A DNA stretch of 64,000 nucleotides from Tubulanus polymorphus (taxonomy: Eukaryota; Animalia; Nemertea), in NCBI RefSeq assembly GCF_964204645.1, contig NC_134032.1, forward strand, positions 9,846,275-9,910,274, given 5' to 3'. The notes beneath the pieces are model-generated. The model had not been told where the DNA came from, did not search any database, and saw nothing but the letters and a program-made list of their open reading frames with translations. Each line of letters starts with the position of its first letter. The first letter of the stretch is position 1. Both the position numbers and the translations under genes were made by a program. Positions 1 through 13,400 of this stretch are shown one piece after another.

Positions 1-24
1 TGCTCCTCACGTTGCCACAAGTGG

Positions 25-300
25 AATCGTCTAGCCTATTGTCACAGTTACGCAGATGATGCCGAGTACACATCGCACACTAGAGACACCTGGAGAATCC
101 TGACTCACCCACAGACCTAGATGAAGTCCTGTATTGCCAAAGCAGTTGATATCCTACCGCACGCTCGCCAATCGCCAAACAACCTCAAGTGTAATCCTAT
201 ATCGTCGCTATCCTGGATGTCCTTCCGGCACATCAACGTACCTGGTAGGTGCTCTATATCGCCACAGTCGGTAAATTCGTTAAACGGACACAATGTATAT
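25..300 (+). mobile_element. Degenerate LINE (L2/CR1-like) reverse transcriptase fragment
   Basis: Frame 1 reads ...YCHSYADD (YADD at 49-60), a stop at 118-120, then SCI...NNLKCNP...ISPQSV, resembling the RT segment HxYADD...NxLKLNxxK...ISPxxxV. Confidence 0.4.
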
Positions 301-545
301 TTGGCTCACCTGATCCGGAGTCAAATTGAACCCACAACACTCTTCAAGTGGTTACATCACCACGACCTGCGGTAGTATATTAGCTTCAGTGAGTACGTAC
401 TCCAAGCTTTCAGTAGCAAATTACCGATGTATATACTGAGACAGACTAACACTTCCTGTATTACAACAGGAAAAAAAAACTCACAAATAAACAAATTCCT
501 TTCATCGCGAGAATATTCTGTACTCTATGCCTTCCTGATCATACT

Positions 546-548
<3 letters not shown>

Positions 549-609
<61 letters not shown>
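549..609. repeat. (TA)n microsatellite, ~30 units
   Basis: Perfect TA run. Confidence 0.98.
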
Positions 610-612
<3 letters not shown>

Positions 613-639
613 AAAAGGCAAAAGGCCATCCGCATTAAT

Positions 640-1510
640 TCTCCCTATCCTCCCCTCCCCCTGATGTCATCATCGGCTACCTTGATAAATCCATATGAAA
701 TGATGATGCCTAGAGACACTTCCAGAAAATATGACCGCCATCGCATACATAGATTCCCCAATGAAAAGCCAGACACTTCCAAAGAAAGTATGATTACCAT
801 GATAAATTTCCTAATGGCGAGCCCTATAGCCTAGACACTTCCAGAAAAGATCGCGGACGTCGTAAATCCTTCTATGACATCATCAAATTACGCGTAGAGA
901 CACATTTCAAGAAAATATGACCACTTCCGTAAATCCCTGCGACAAGCCCTATAGATACTTAATCTAAGATAAGATTGCAGCCGTCAAATCCCTCTTTTAC
1001 ATCATTAAATGCTGTACCTACACCAACCAGAGGGCGTCGCATAACACTGGGGTCATTCGTCAGTTCGTTTTCGATGATATTTGAAATTGGATTTTAGGCT
1101 TTCAAATTCAAATCATCGAATAGATATAAGATCCGCTTCACCACTCAGCGTACGGTACTCGCTGAAAATTGATTTATCAACGAAGAAAATAACTTAGAAT
1201 TTAAACGTAGAAGGAATTTGAAACGCTGTAACCCAGTGCCACTAGCGACACCTGGTGGAATCCTCGCTTGCCGCAGTAGCGTCGCCGGTACCCCATCACT
1301 CATAGAGATGCTCCAAGAAAAGATGGCTACCTCCATCCCATACGACATCATCAAACTAAACTCCTGTAGATATTTCCAGAAAAGTCGATGCCTCTATCAA
1401 TCCCCTAGATGGCCCTACTACATTTCCAGAAATAAAAGCACTTTCGCGAATTAATCGCTTTTTCACATTATTAAATTACTCGCGACAGACCCTTCCGGAA
1501 CAGGTGGCCC
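640..1510 (+). repeat. Degenerate ~55-60 bp tandem/dispersed repeat family
   Basis: Approximate consensus agacacttccagaaaagatggctgcc..aaatcccctatgacatcatcaaatta. Further clusters at ~6790-7100, 7550-7770, 8495-8540, 15370-15940 (mostly inverted) and ~17280. Confidence 0.7.
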
Positions 1511-1944
1511 TGTCTCCTGACATTAAACATTAAAAACAGTCGCCGAATAAAAAATACCGATAATTACAGTATGGATATAAATAATGACATGATCAGCCAA
1601 ATGACTATTAAAAGGCTTTTTTCCACTACTCGCTATAAATAGTAATAATTCGTTTGCGGCTAAATTTATCTCGGTGCAAATGGAGCGTAAGGAACTGATG
1701 ATGCGCGCTCCCAGTGGTTACAGCAGCATCAATCAGCTTCCTGATTATCATTTGTCAGCATCTTTTAGCCACTTTGCTTGTACGTTGTAATTTCGACTGC
1801 AGTGCATTAAAAAGTAGCCGCCGTTTAAGACAATCTATCAATTTTATCTAAATTGCCGACCGTAGTATCCAGAAATAGAAATGATACCTATTTATCATCA
1901 CCCAGCTTTATGAAAACCTACAAACAATTCTTCCAATGCAATTT

Positions 1945-2503
1945 CAGGGTTCTTGGTCTCCAAGACCAGTCTCAGACTTTCGAGGACCTTTTTGAGACCC
2001 CAACTCCATGACCCGATTCATATTGCTACTAGCTGTTAATAAGTCCATCAATCAGGCCCCAGGGGCCGGTTCCATAGTCAGGGCTTAGACTTAAGACCGT
2101 TCTAAGACCAACTTAGTACTATAGCCAAACCAACAACTTAAGACCAGTCTTAAGACCACTTTTTGGTCTTAAGTCTTGACTAGGGAACTCGCCGGAGGAT
2201 ACGTCCTCGACTGAACTAAAATGGCTGCTAAAAATGGCCCCCTTTCGCCACTGACCGGCATTCTAACCAGACTAGTGTATAGGACTACATAATACAATGG
2301 ACTAGATCGGATATAATGTAGGCCTATATATAATAGATTATATGTGACTAAAAAAGCTTCAAAATGTATTCGTGTAGTGAAGCAGATGTTATGTGGAGGA
2401 CTATGACCATGATTCAAGGATTCTAGAGGTCATTTCATGACTTTCAAGGCCTTGAATAGACCCATTCTCACTCCATGACTTTCAAAGCCAGCTGCGAACC
2501 CTG
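1945..2503. mobile_element. Non-autonomous DNA transposon (hAT-like ends) with a nested MITE at ~2063-2195
   Basis: Termini CAGGGTTC...GAACCCTG, flanked on both sides by the direct repeat CAATTT. Confidence 0.5.
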
Positions 2504-3976
2504 CAATTTCCTAGGCCATCATCGATGCCTCCTTGCACAGAAATCAAAACTCCTCTTGTCCACTTAAAGTCTTGAATTTCCCTTATTATGGAACTAATCC
2601 TTAACCCACCCTACCTGTGTAAATATTATCAACCCACCATTTATTGACACAAGTGAAATCTTGGTGCCCTACCGGAGCATAACTGGTGAATCCATAAACC
2701 TTTAAACCCTACTCTCCCTGCCCTAATCCTCAAAATCTCTAACACCTTGCTATATCTATCCCAATTAGGCCCACCTCTTACCGGAACCGGAATCAATTAT
2801 GTACTTCGATTTAAACGAAAAATTCTGTAAACTCGACCGCCGATCACACAACTATATCTGTACTTCGATTTCCGATTTCAAAATCAAACCCCCTGTGGTG
2901 GGTCTGTAAGGGACACTCTATCAAAAAATCAAATGAAATCTACCAACCAAATAAATAACATGGACAATCCCTATTATAAGATCAAAAACAAACACAGATG
3001 AGACTGGGAGAAGTCGTGCGTCGGGCGCATATTTTAATTTAATTCAAGGATCAATCTGAAAATTGCGAGTATAATAATATCTTGTATGTATTAATCGTGT
3101 AATAAGGGGCTATGAATTAATGAAGTGATTACATTTAGAATAAAAGATTGTTTGAAAAAAAAAACCTGTTATTACTACCCAATTCTTACATAATTCATTA
3201 ATAGGCTACCCTTCAAATCGCTACGGGACTGGTGTTGAACAGACCGCGATTTTTAGACCATTTCAGCAAGATGATGCAACAAATGAAGTTTTATCAATTA
3301 CTAATTGATTGATATCTAATTAACGCAATAAATAGATATTTAATCAAACAATCCCTGTTCGCAAATGGTCAGGTTTTGGGCACATTCTTAGTTTTTCGTT
3401 GGATTTATATAGGCCTAATACTGCACATACTGTTTTTTTCGGGGGGGGGGGCAAAAAATATTGAAATCTACTCTCAAACCCCAACCCTACAGTTGCGCTG
3501 ATTTCTGTATAGTTCCTTCGACCCAGAAAAATTACTCCCACGTGTTATTTATCAATATCAGAGGTTCTCGACCTGGTGAATAAAATATTCCCTAAATATA
3601 GAAATTCTGACGTAAAAATTATTTGCCCTTTGGGTATAAAGTAGTTGATTTTCAATTCCCTCGATCTCCCTAAGGGACGTACAAAATTGTTAGCCCCAAC
3701 CCAATTTCAATAGGTTTTTTTTTTTAACTTCCCTTTTTTACCACGCCTCAACTGTGAAACAGGCCTTAATCTAGTATAGGCTCACAAAACATTTATAAAA
3801 AAATGCTTTACATAGAAAACTTACGACAAAACCTACTCTAGTTATAAAAATAGAAGGGAGGATGGCCGGATGGGGGAAATGAGAAATTAGATTAGTAACA
3901 GAAAGGCCACAAAAAGTTCATTTTTAAACGAGAAAACGCTTCATTTTCGGCTCAAATTCGACGGTTTTCAACTTAC

Positions 3977-3994
3977 CGAGTTATTGCTGCTCAT
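3977..3994 (-). CDS. Possible first coding exon (MSSNNS) of a divergently transcribed gene; later exons not identified in the window
   Basis: Minus strand reads ATG AGC AGC AAT AAC TCG|GTAAGT, a perfect donor about 150 bp from the NAPRT promoter motifs. Confidence 0.35.
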
Positions 3995-4099
3995 TGAGTG
4001 TGAAAATAATCGATTTCAATAGTCGGGATCAGCAGGAAATTAAGCACGAGCTGATGAAATATTGTAGATTTTCCGACTTTTCTTCTTGTGTGGTGAATG

Positions 4100-4166
4100 A
4101 GTAGTGGTGTAATGGCCGTCAGTGACGTCACAACGCGGAAGTCAACCAGTTCGAATCCCGAAAATG
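4100..4166. promoter_or_regulatory. Probable (bidirectional) promoter core of NAPRT
   Basis: Palindromic CRE TGACGTCA (4123-4130) and ETS-like CGGAAGT (4136-4142), with outward-facing splice donors on each side (minus at 3977, plus AAAATG|GTGAGT at 4166). A second overlapping E-box/CRE (CACGTGACGTCA) lies at 4765-4776. Confidence 0.5.
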
Positions 4167-4450
4167 GTGAGTTTACTGGGCCATTGTTTGGATAAATGCG
4201 AAATTATTTGACAAAACTGAAATAGATTGAGGCCATTGCAATCATAGAATCACTGGTTTAAGTAAAATGAAATGTTAAATAAATCGGGATTCGAAACTGT
4301 TCGACCATGATTTTACTCCGCAGCAACTTTCGGAGCAACCACCTGCCGCAGCTTACCTCGGAGCTTACCTCAGCTGCCACCGCGGTATGAACTTCACTTC
4401 CCAGAGCTAACCTTCGATAAACTTGAACTTGAACGGGATTAAGTGGGACG

Positions 4451-7400
4451 ATGTCGAATGTACGAAAAAGAGCAAAATTCGAGCAGAATGGAATCATCCA
4501 ACCCCTTCTCACCGGTGAGAAACAGTTTAAACCAACTGAAAATCAACGCAAATTTCAAGCCTGGATTGAGATGCATTGCCGATCAGCAACAAAACATGAT
4601 TCAATTCAATTTCAACGAAGATTTATTGTATTTTGTAGAATGATATATAAACCCGCCCCCTTTATTTGCCCACAGGCACTTGAATATGTGCTTTTATCTT
4701 GGTGTGTTAAAAATGATGAAATTTATTGTAAATAAACAACTCCAAAACTTTACTATAAAAACTCCACGTGACGTCACAGCAATCCCGAATACAAAGAGGC
4801 GTCGCAAATTTTCAAAAATCAATTTTGTTGCCATTTAAAATTTTAAACGGAGCTAAAACAGTGTCAATGTTTCCAACAAATCATCTACAATTGAAATTAT
4901 GGCCGCTCCTTATATTTAAGAATTAAAATTGACACCTTGGGGGACGTACGTCGACAATCGTCGACTGTTCGTCTGTCCCGATATTTGCGGTAGATTTAAG
5001 CATTATGGAGATAGGAGCGTTTCCAGCCTTTCTGTATAGTATAGTTAAACGCCGGGCGCGCATTCCATCATGGGTAAATTCATTATAAAAAATGGGCGGA
5101 TTATCGAAGTAGGATTAACATATCGCTGGTGAATTATTAAATATCCATAATCAAAGCCCATATTAAAGTGCCTGTAATTTGCCCCTGACGTAAAGAATCA
5201 GCCCCTTCCAATGACTCTTAACACTTTTTATGCTGTTACCCTCTCATGAATTCCTCTATGGCATAATCACATTACCCTTTGGCCAGAAACCTTTTACCTC
5301 TAAAGTTGGCCCAAAAGCAAGCCTGTCATGATCCATGTCGATTGTCAGCCCAGGGGCAAATCCAGATTCTGTCATAATTTTCCTGGGCCCTTTTGAAAAT
5401 TCAATGGCACTATTTTTCAAGGCACTTTTTTACCCAAAAACTAGGTACTTAAACAGCCTGCTCAAGATTAACCATGATCATCTTAAATGTCCTTCAAGTG
5501 CCTTTGAATTGTATGAAAATAAACGGAAATTGAAGAATTTTCCAGACCCCTTGTTTGGCAGCGTGGATACCTAACTTGCTTTTTTTTCAGTCTGCCCTTT
5601 TCAGTTCTTCATGCTCCTGTAAAAATTTATGCCTACCCCTGCAGCTAGGGCATCTTGACAGCTCGCATCATTGTCGCCATCTATTAAAATTCTAATTGTA
5701 GATTTCTATCAGATCACTATGGCGTACGCGTATTGGAAAAGCGGTAAAAAGGACGATCATTCCATATTCGATTTATATTTCCGTAAGAATCCGTTTAGCG
5801 GTGAATTCACGATATTCGCCGGCCTCGAGGAGTGTTTGAAATTCCTCAAGAATTTCCAGTTTTCCGACTGTGGTAAGTTTCAATCCGCCTTTGCAGGTGA
5901 TAAAGTTTGAACCAATCAGAACGCAGACATTTTAGTAATTATGCTTATGATATATATTCATATTCAAGTTTGAGCCAATCAGGACACTAATATAATTATA
6001 ATCATGTAAGAATATTGAAGCTTGACCCAATCAGGACACTAATTTTGAGGAAATATTTCAAAATGTTCAAGTTTGAACCAATCAGGACACTAATTTTGGT
6101 GATTATCTAAAGATATTCCAGATCCAACCAATGGAGACACTAATTTCGACATATGCATAAAAATCTTTAAGTTTGAACCAATCTGACCATGAATTTTGAT
6201 GATAACGTAGAAATATCCAACTTCAAAACCAATTAGGACGCTGTGATTTAATGATTATATTGGTAAAATTTTTATTAATTTTATTCAAGTCTGAACCAAG
6301 CAGAACCTTGTAGCCAGGACCAAGTCCAAAAGTGGTCTTAAGACTGGTTTAAAGTTGTTGTTAGATTGGCTATTGAACAAAGTTGATCTTAGACTGGTCT
6401 AAACCCTGGCTATGCGACCGTCCCCGGAATCGAAGAACTTTGTAGTTCTTATATTAGTTAATTTCAATTCATTCAGGTGTATCTATTCCTCAAGTTTCGA
6501 GGAAACTTTTCCCGAAAAGAAATATGTAATTCTTTTATCTTTTTCTCTTGCAGATATTGATTACTTGCGATCGGTTTTACCGGAAAGCGACGATGAATTC
6601 TTCGATTATTTACGCAACCTCGATGCCAGTAAAGTGACGCTGTACGCCATTGAAGAGGGCAGCGTCGTTTTCCCTAAAGTTCCGCTGTTGCGAGTCGAGG
6701 GTCCTCTACCCGTCGTGCAACTGCTAGAAACTACGTTTCTTACTCTAGTCAACTATGCTAGGTCAGTAAAAAAAGATTTTCGTTGAACAATCTATGACAT
6801 CGTCGAATTATCTTTGAAAAGATGACCGCCTTCATAAATCACCCTATGACAACATCATGTAATGATAGTAACCACTAGAAAACATTTCTAGTGTCCGGTA
6901 ATCTACATGTCTACATAAATCCCTCCCATATAACATCATTATTTCAACTTTCCCTTTCATAAATTCTCCTACGACATCATTAAATTGTTTCGTAAGACAC
7001 TACCCTTAAACCATTTATGACATCATAAAGTTGCTGTCTATAGACCTCCCCAGAAACATTATGCGTCCATAACTCGTCCTGTGACATCAACTATGAACTG
7101 TTGGCCTTTGATGATGCCGTTATAGATGCCTGCCCTTGCGATGCCTGTCCTTATAGAATAGATTTTCCTCGGTGAAATAATCAAATTGTCCTAAACGGTA
7201 GGATTAATGTTCCAAACATGAAATGATGCCTGTAGTAAAACCCTCACAGAAGAAAAGGTGACTTCGCATTAAATGCCAATTAAAAGTGCATATACATGTA
7301 AAGCCTTGAGCTCTTCAAAAAAGAAGTCCGCCCTCAAAATCACTGCAGATTTTTTTAATTCAAGGTCTCTGTCATTAATTGAAATGCTTGTCTTGTATTT

Positions 7401-10400
7401 CTGCATGCAGTCTTGTGGCGACGAACGCCGCCCGGTTCCGATTGGCCGCCGGTGAAGATCTGATTCTGCTGGAGTTTGGATTACGTCGAGCTCAGGGACC
7501 AGACGGTGGACTGTCTGCTTCGCGGTACTGTTACGTAGGAGGTCAGTTTCGTCATCATTACTGCTTCCCCCAATTCATCAAATTACCTCTAGACCCTCAT
7601 ACAGAAAAGATGTCTGCCTCCATAAATCCCCACATCACATCGAATTACCCCTAGGCCTATATGCTTTAAATCCTATGTATTATATTATATTATCTATTAT
7701 TATCCTATATTTTCATCATTATTACCGCTTCCAAAAATCCCCATAGGCCAATAACATCATCAAATAACCCCTACCAGGAGCGGATCCAGGGGCATGTTGT
7801 GACCATGCCGACCAATAAAAAGTGCATATATTCTTAGGCGCTTTTACGAAATTGAATCTGATTCGGTTTAGCTAAATCCGATTCGATGTGGGAATACAAA
7901 AGGTTTAGTAAATCGAATCGTTTTTCGTAAATGAGTCGAATCAATTTATCAATTTAAAGGTCGCGATTCAAAAGAAAATGGGCGTCAATGGTGACCGAAT
8001 TATTGATAGATGATGGTCTGCGATAGATGTCTTAAGCCCGCGGTCGAAGAGGACGCCATGTTGGATTTCACTGACTAAATCGCCACTAACTTGCTCGCCG
8101 AGCAAGTTAGTCGATTTAATAAATCAGTTTACTAAACCGCGTCCATAAACGAGTTGATTTACCAAATCCGATTCACTAAACCGCAAGCCGTAAACGTGAA
8201 ACTATTTACAAAGATTCAGTTTCGTAAAAGCGCCTTATGATTTAGGGCGGAAAGGCATATCAGCAAAATTTTTGAAATTTTACTATCATTTTAGAGCTTT
8301 CTGAGCGTCTCTGAGAGGCATTTAGTCAAGAAACATAGGTTATATATTTAGGAAAAATATCTATTGTGTATCTCAGGTGGTTACAACGGCAAATTTTGAT
8401 ACAGAGAAAAAATAAAAAGGCACTTACAAATTCCGACCGTGTCGCCCGACATGGTCGATACAATCTAGATCCGCCCCTGTGCCTATAATCCATGGCAGAA
8501 AAGATATCTGCCTCCATGAAACCCCCGATGACATCATCACATTATGAATTTGTAATATATAGTCGTAATATTCGTAATTCGTTGCGTAGGTTTTGATGGA
8601 ACTAGTAACGTGTTGGCCGGGAAATTGTTCGGAATTCCATTGAAAGGAACTCACGCGCACGCGTTCGTGAACTCATTCACGGGAGTCGAAGAACTGTCAT
8701 CTCAGGTAAAAATTTTGAATAAAAACGCCTGCCCGATCTCGCATGTTCCATATTCCGGCGTCTCGAACTGTGGAACCGACACCCGGTTCCACATTCCGCA
8801 CGCGCACACATATGCGATTTGACATGATTTTTCTGATTCGCACAGGACGACCCAGTTAAAATATCGGGCGATAACGTAAGATTTGCTTTTCTTATAAACG
8901 CTGATAAACCTTCCTAGAAAAAGTATCTCTGAATGTTGCAACCTTTAGAAAGATAGTTGCGGAACTGACTCTCAGAGTTGAACCTACCTACCTACATAGG
9001 CTGTCGAAAGGTGGTCTGATTCAAAGGATCAAACAACTTTCACAGTGACTTCTGGAGTTGAGTCTAGACAGTCAAACCTGGAGCCATTGTAAGAGTCATA
9101 CCTACAGCTATGGATTCTTAACTGCAGGAGTTGTGGAACTAGGCTAGTCAAAACCTGTAAATGAGGAACTGGCTCTTAGAGTCAATATCTATAACTACGG
9201 AACTGGCTCTAAGTGTTAAGACTTCCACTGTGGAACTGACTCCAGGAGTCAAACCGTGGAACTGAGCACTCCAAAATGTAAGAATCTGTGGGACTGGCTC
9301 CAAATAGTCAAACTATTGTACAACTGGGGAACTCACTTCAAGAGTTAAAAAAACTATTTATTTGTGGAAGTCGCTCTTCAGAGCCAAACCTATTGTATAT
9401 TGACTCCGGGAGTCATCTGTAGTAGGTTGCACCATTCAATACCTTTCAAGACGTTCATGTTAGACACGGTATATATTTATCTGACTCCAGGCAACAGTTC
9501 TTCATTTGAATATATCTGATTAGATCTAGGCCTTCAATTAGTCTAATAAGCCACTCTCGTTACGCGTCTGCAATCTTAACTATTTTTAATTAATCATTTA
9601 ATTAATGGTAACTGAAGAAGAAACGCGCGCACAACGCAAGCTTTAACGCTAACTCGTTTTTAATGAACACCAATTCAATTCTATGTTCTCAATCCATTTT
9701 GTTTCAGCATATATTTTTTTAGTTGATTATTTAATCACGGCAAATTTTGAATCTTCCCGTGAGTTCAGCTCCATACCGAGGAGGACCGGGTTCGACCAGT
9801 TTTAACTTGAATCCAGTTACACATTTCTAGGTTATATTTAAACTCATTTTCACTACACAGTCAAACTTAACAGAACTGGATTCTGGTCTATAAAACTTGT
9901 CACTTTCGGACTTCGGCTTTTTTTGTGCAGGGGCTTTCTTTCAAGGAACTTGCTTTATTTGCTATCAGAAAATTCAATCTTTAAGCCTAAGCTTTCTGTG
10001 AGACTGAACTCATGGACTTACAGCTATATGGCACAAAATCTATCCGTTGCTTTCATCCCAAAGATTATTCCCAAATTTGTCATAATTGCAATTGAAACAG
10101 ACCCCACTCAAAATATACGATGTTAGCTTATTTGACCATGCTGCCCCCTGGTGTCATTATGTTAGTCTCCTTTTGTAGAATATTGTTGTAATGTCTATCA
10201 ATACTCAGTTCCAAATCCTAGATTTGATTAAGTCTAAATTGGGCTTAAGTCTTGAAATCGGTCTTTAAGGTACGTAGTGAGTAAAGCAACATAGGTCTAA
10301 GGTCTTAAAACTGGTCTTATGTTTTCATGGAACCAGAATGAACTTCAACTGGTCTTACAAATCATAAGACCGGTTTTAAGTAGATTATATTTATAACCAA

Positions 10401-13400
10401 AAGGATTCTAAATGGACTTAGATTGGTCAAATCGGTCTGAATTTGTTATTTCCGTATAGAACCGAAATCGTAGACTCATCTTATATTTCTTAAAACCAGT
10501 CTTTAGTTAGTTAGATCAGCTTTATTAAATTAGGAACAAAATAAGCTCAGACTGGTCTTAAGTTGAGGACTATCGACCCTGAGGCCTGGGGCCGGTTGCA
10601 CAGTCATGGCTTAGACTTAAGACCAGTCTAAGACCAACTTTGTTCTATAGCCAATCTAACAATTTAAGACCAGTCTTAAGATTTAAGACCACTTTTTGAC
10701 TTAAGTCATGACTGTGCAACTGGCCCCAGGTTCCACAGACGACTACGTTTTAAAAGTTGCTTCCTGAAACAACCCTGAAACTTTCGATTGTGGATCCTGG
10801 CGTTCCAATTGGTCTCCTATTGATTTTACCACCTGATACCAGAAGGCGTATCGTAACAATAGGGAGAAATATGAAATTGTCCCGTTTAATTTTCAGGGTT
10901 TGAAAAAATGCGGTACGAATGAAGAGATTAGTTTTACGAATCTCTGCTTGACTTGGCTGGAGAAGATCGCTCCGATTCTCGGTATTCTACCGAGTGAGGC
11001 GCACCGCGGAGAATTGGCCGCGTTCATCTCATACGCTCAGTCGTTCCCGTCGTCGGTGCTGTGCTTGATCGATACGTACGACGTCGTCAGGTGAGTCACA
11101 GGCCAGATCTCCGTCGGGCAGACAGATGTATTGTTACGGGTAGGAGGGATACATAGATGTCTTCTAGTCGCAGACAGACGATATCTCTTTGAGGAGACTT
11201 TCTCGGAACAAATATAGATGTCTACTCTGAGCAGATGCATGTTTCCTAGGGCAGACGGATACCTTCTAAGAGTAGATAGGCATGTCTTGGAGCAGACAGG
11301 TATGACGTAAGTTTCCAAGGACAGACAGATGCCTTCTAAGAGCAGACAGACATGTCTTAGAATAGACAGGTAAATATCTTCTGGGAGCTGACAGATACCT
11401 TTTAGGAACAGACAGACAGATACCTATTAGGCCTACAGTACTTTAAACCGACAGCCTTATACCTTTTGGGAGCAGGTCATGTAGGAGCAGACGGACAGAT
11501 TGCCTTCTAGGAGCAAATAGAGAAATGCCTTATAGGAGACCGTCAGATTTCCTAGGTGCAGACGAGTCTTCTAGGCGATGTCTCTAAGAAGGCTGACAGA
11601 CATCCTTGTCTCCTGTATAGGAATAGAAATTTTTTCGGGGATTGCAACTTTCCCTTCCTCATTTTCGAGATAATCGAATAAAATTTCCTATTTTCCGTTA
11701 TCCAATTGTAGGAGTGGTCTGCCAAATTTCTGCGCCGTTGCCATGGCCCTGAATGACCTTGGTTATCAAGTACGTGGTGTACGTTTGGATAGCGGTGATT
11801 TGGCGTATCTATCCAAGGTCACACGGAATGTGCTCGAAAACATCGCCGAAAAGTAAGTAATCCTCAACTGTGCGGCAGTATCATTGTCAGTGTATTTTAA
11901 GATTATTTAGGTTTGACAAACACTGGTTTAACCCATTAGCACTCAGGAATTGGACTATGTAGTGTCAATTACTCCTCAGAAAATCCAAGTTCATAACGAT
12001 ACCGAATAGCTCATTTGGCTGTTTATATCCATGCATTACAAGTTGGTGTTATTTTGTAGTTAATAGTCAAGGCTTTCATATGATGTAAGATTTGATGAGG
12101 TGGGCCACCAAAATCATGTCCTTTTGGCCCCCCGAAATTCATCCTAACTTACTTGGATTTGTAGTGAGTGCTCAGATGTGTCGTGTTCAAACTCAAAATA
12201 CTCGAGAAATTGAAATAGGAGGATGTTGATTTCTGTTCGGTATTTCGAGGACTTAGGTGTGTTGTTTGTTATAAGCTATTGGGTTCGAATCCCACTATAA
12301 CCGTTTTCGTTCAGCATACGAAAGAAGTACCGGGGTGGATACGGGCGGCTTGAGTACTAATGGGTCAAATGTTTGCTGTAGGCTTGATGTACCGTGGTTT
12401 AAATGTAACCTGTTGTTTTGTAGGTTTTGACCTACCGTGGTTTAAATGTTTAACTGTTGTTTTGTAGGTTTGACGTACCGTGGTTTAAATCGATAAGTAT
12501 TGTAGCCAGTAATGATATAAATGAAGACACTATACATTCGCTTAACCAACAGGTATGTTACCTTTTACGTACATCGTTAAGAGGAAGAGAAGGTTGAGTG
12601 GTTGTGTGGGGAGAAGTGATAAATATGTGTTATATCTCGTATTTGCGGTTGTACCACCATTCTTGCTCCAAGCTATTTGCGCTTGCGCAATCAAAATAAT
12701 TGAGTTCCCATGTGAACAAACTTCTATACTGGGTATTCTATATTCTGTATTCTGTATGTTCCATATTCTCAATATTGGGTTAATTTTGAACAATGGCTGA
12801 CTATGTAAAGCTGTATTGCCAACTTCTAGATAACGCATGGTAATAACTTGGAAAAATATGCGGTGGAAGCAAGGAATTTAAAAAGATAAAACCTGGCTGT
12901 TTTTCAGGGTCACAGTATCAATTGTTTTGGTATCGGGACTCATCTAGTCACTTGTCAGAAGCAGCCAGCTTTAGGTTGTGTGTTTAAGGTATGTACATGG
13001 TTTACAGCAAGTCTGCTAAGCGCTACTTAGTGTTACAGGGCCACTTGTCTCGAAATCAGGGAAAAGTCAGGGATTTTTTTTTCTTCAGAGTATCGTCAGG
13101 GAATTTATTTGAAAAGCTAAAAGTCAGGGGAATTCGTTGACTTTGTCAGGTAGTTAAATCAAATAGTTTCCGTTGACGTCATGCTTGGTTGACTGGACTG
13201 TGTTGATTGATTGGATTCTTGGCAGATCAAGTCAGGGAAAACAATATACAATTCTAGGAATAGTCGGGGGATATTCAAGTGGCCACCCAGAGAGGACTAC
13301 TCGGAAAAAGATGTGTGTTAAAGCCCTGTTTTGTGCGCTAACTTTTGAATAGATAATTGAATGAACCTTTGCGGAAATGATCGGTAAAGAAGATGTCTTT

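Noticed and set aside
427-834. 135-aa ORF
   Set aside because: Kept open by the (TA)n microsatellite and degenerate repeats.
2780-2885. Sequence shared with 30210-30320 as a conserved regulatory element or ncRNA
   Set aside because: More simply a fragment of a dispersed repeat; no structure or termini identified.
4098-4170. Functional tRNA gene
   Set aside because: A and B boxes are present but no cloverleaf pairing is possible.
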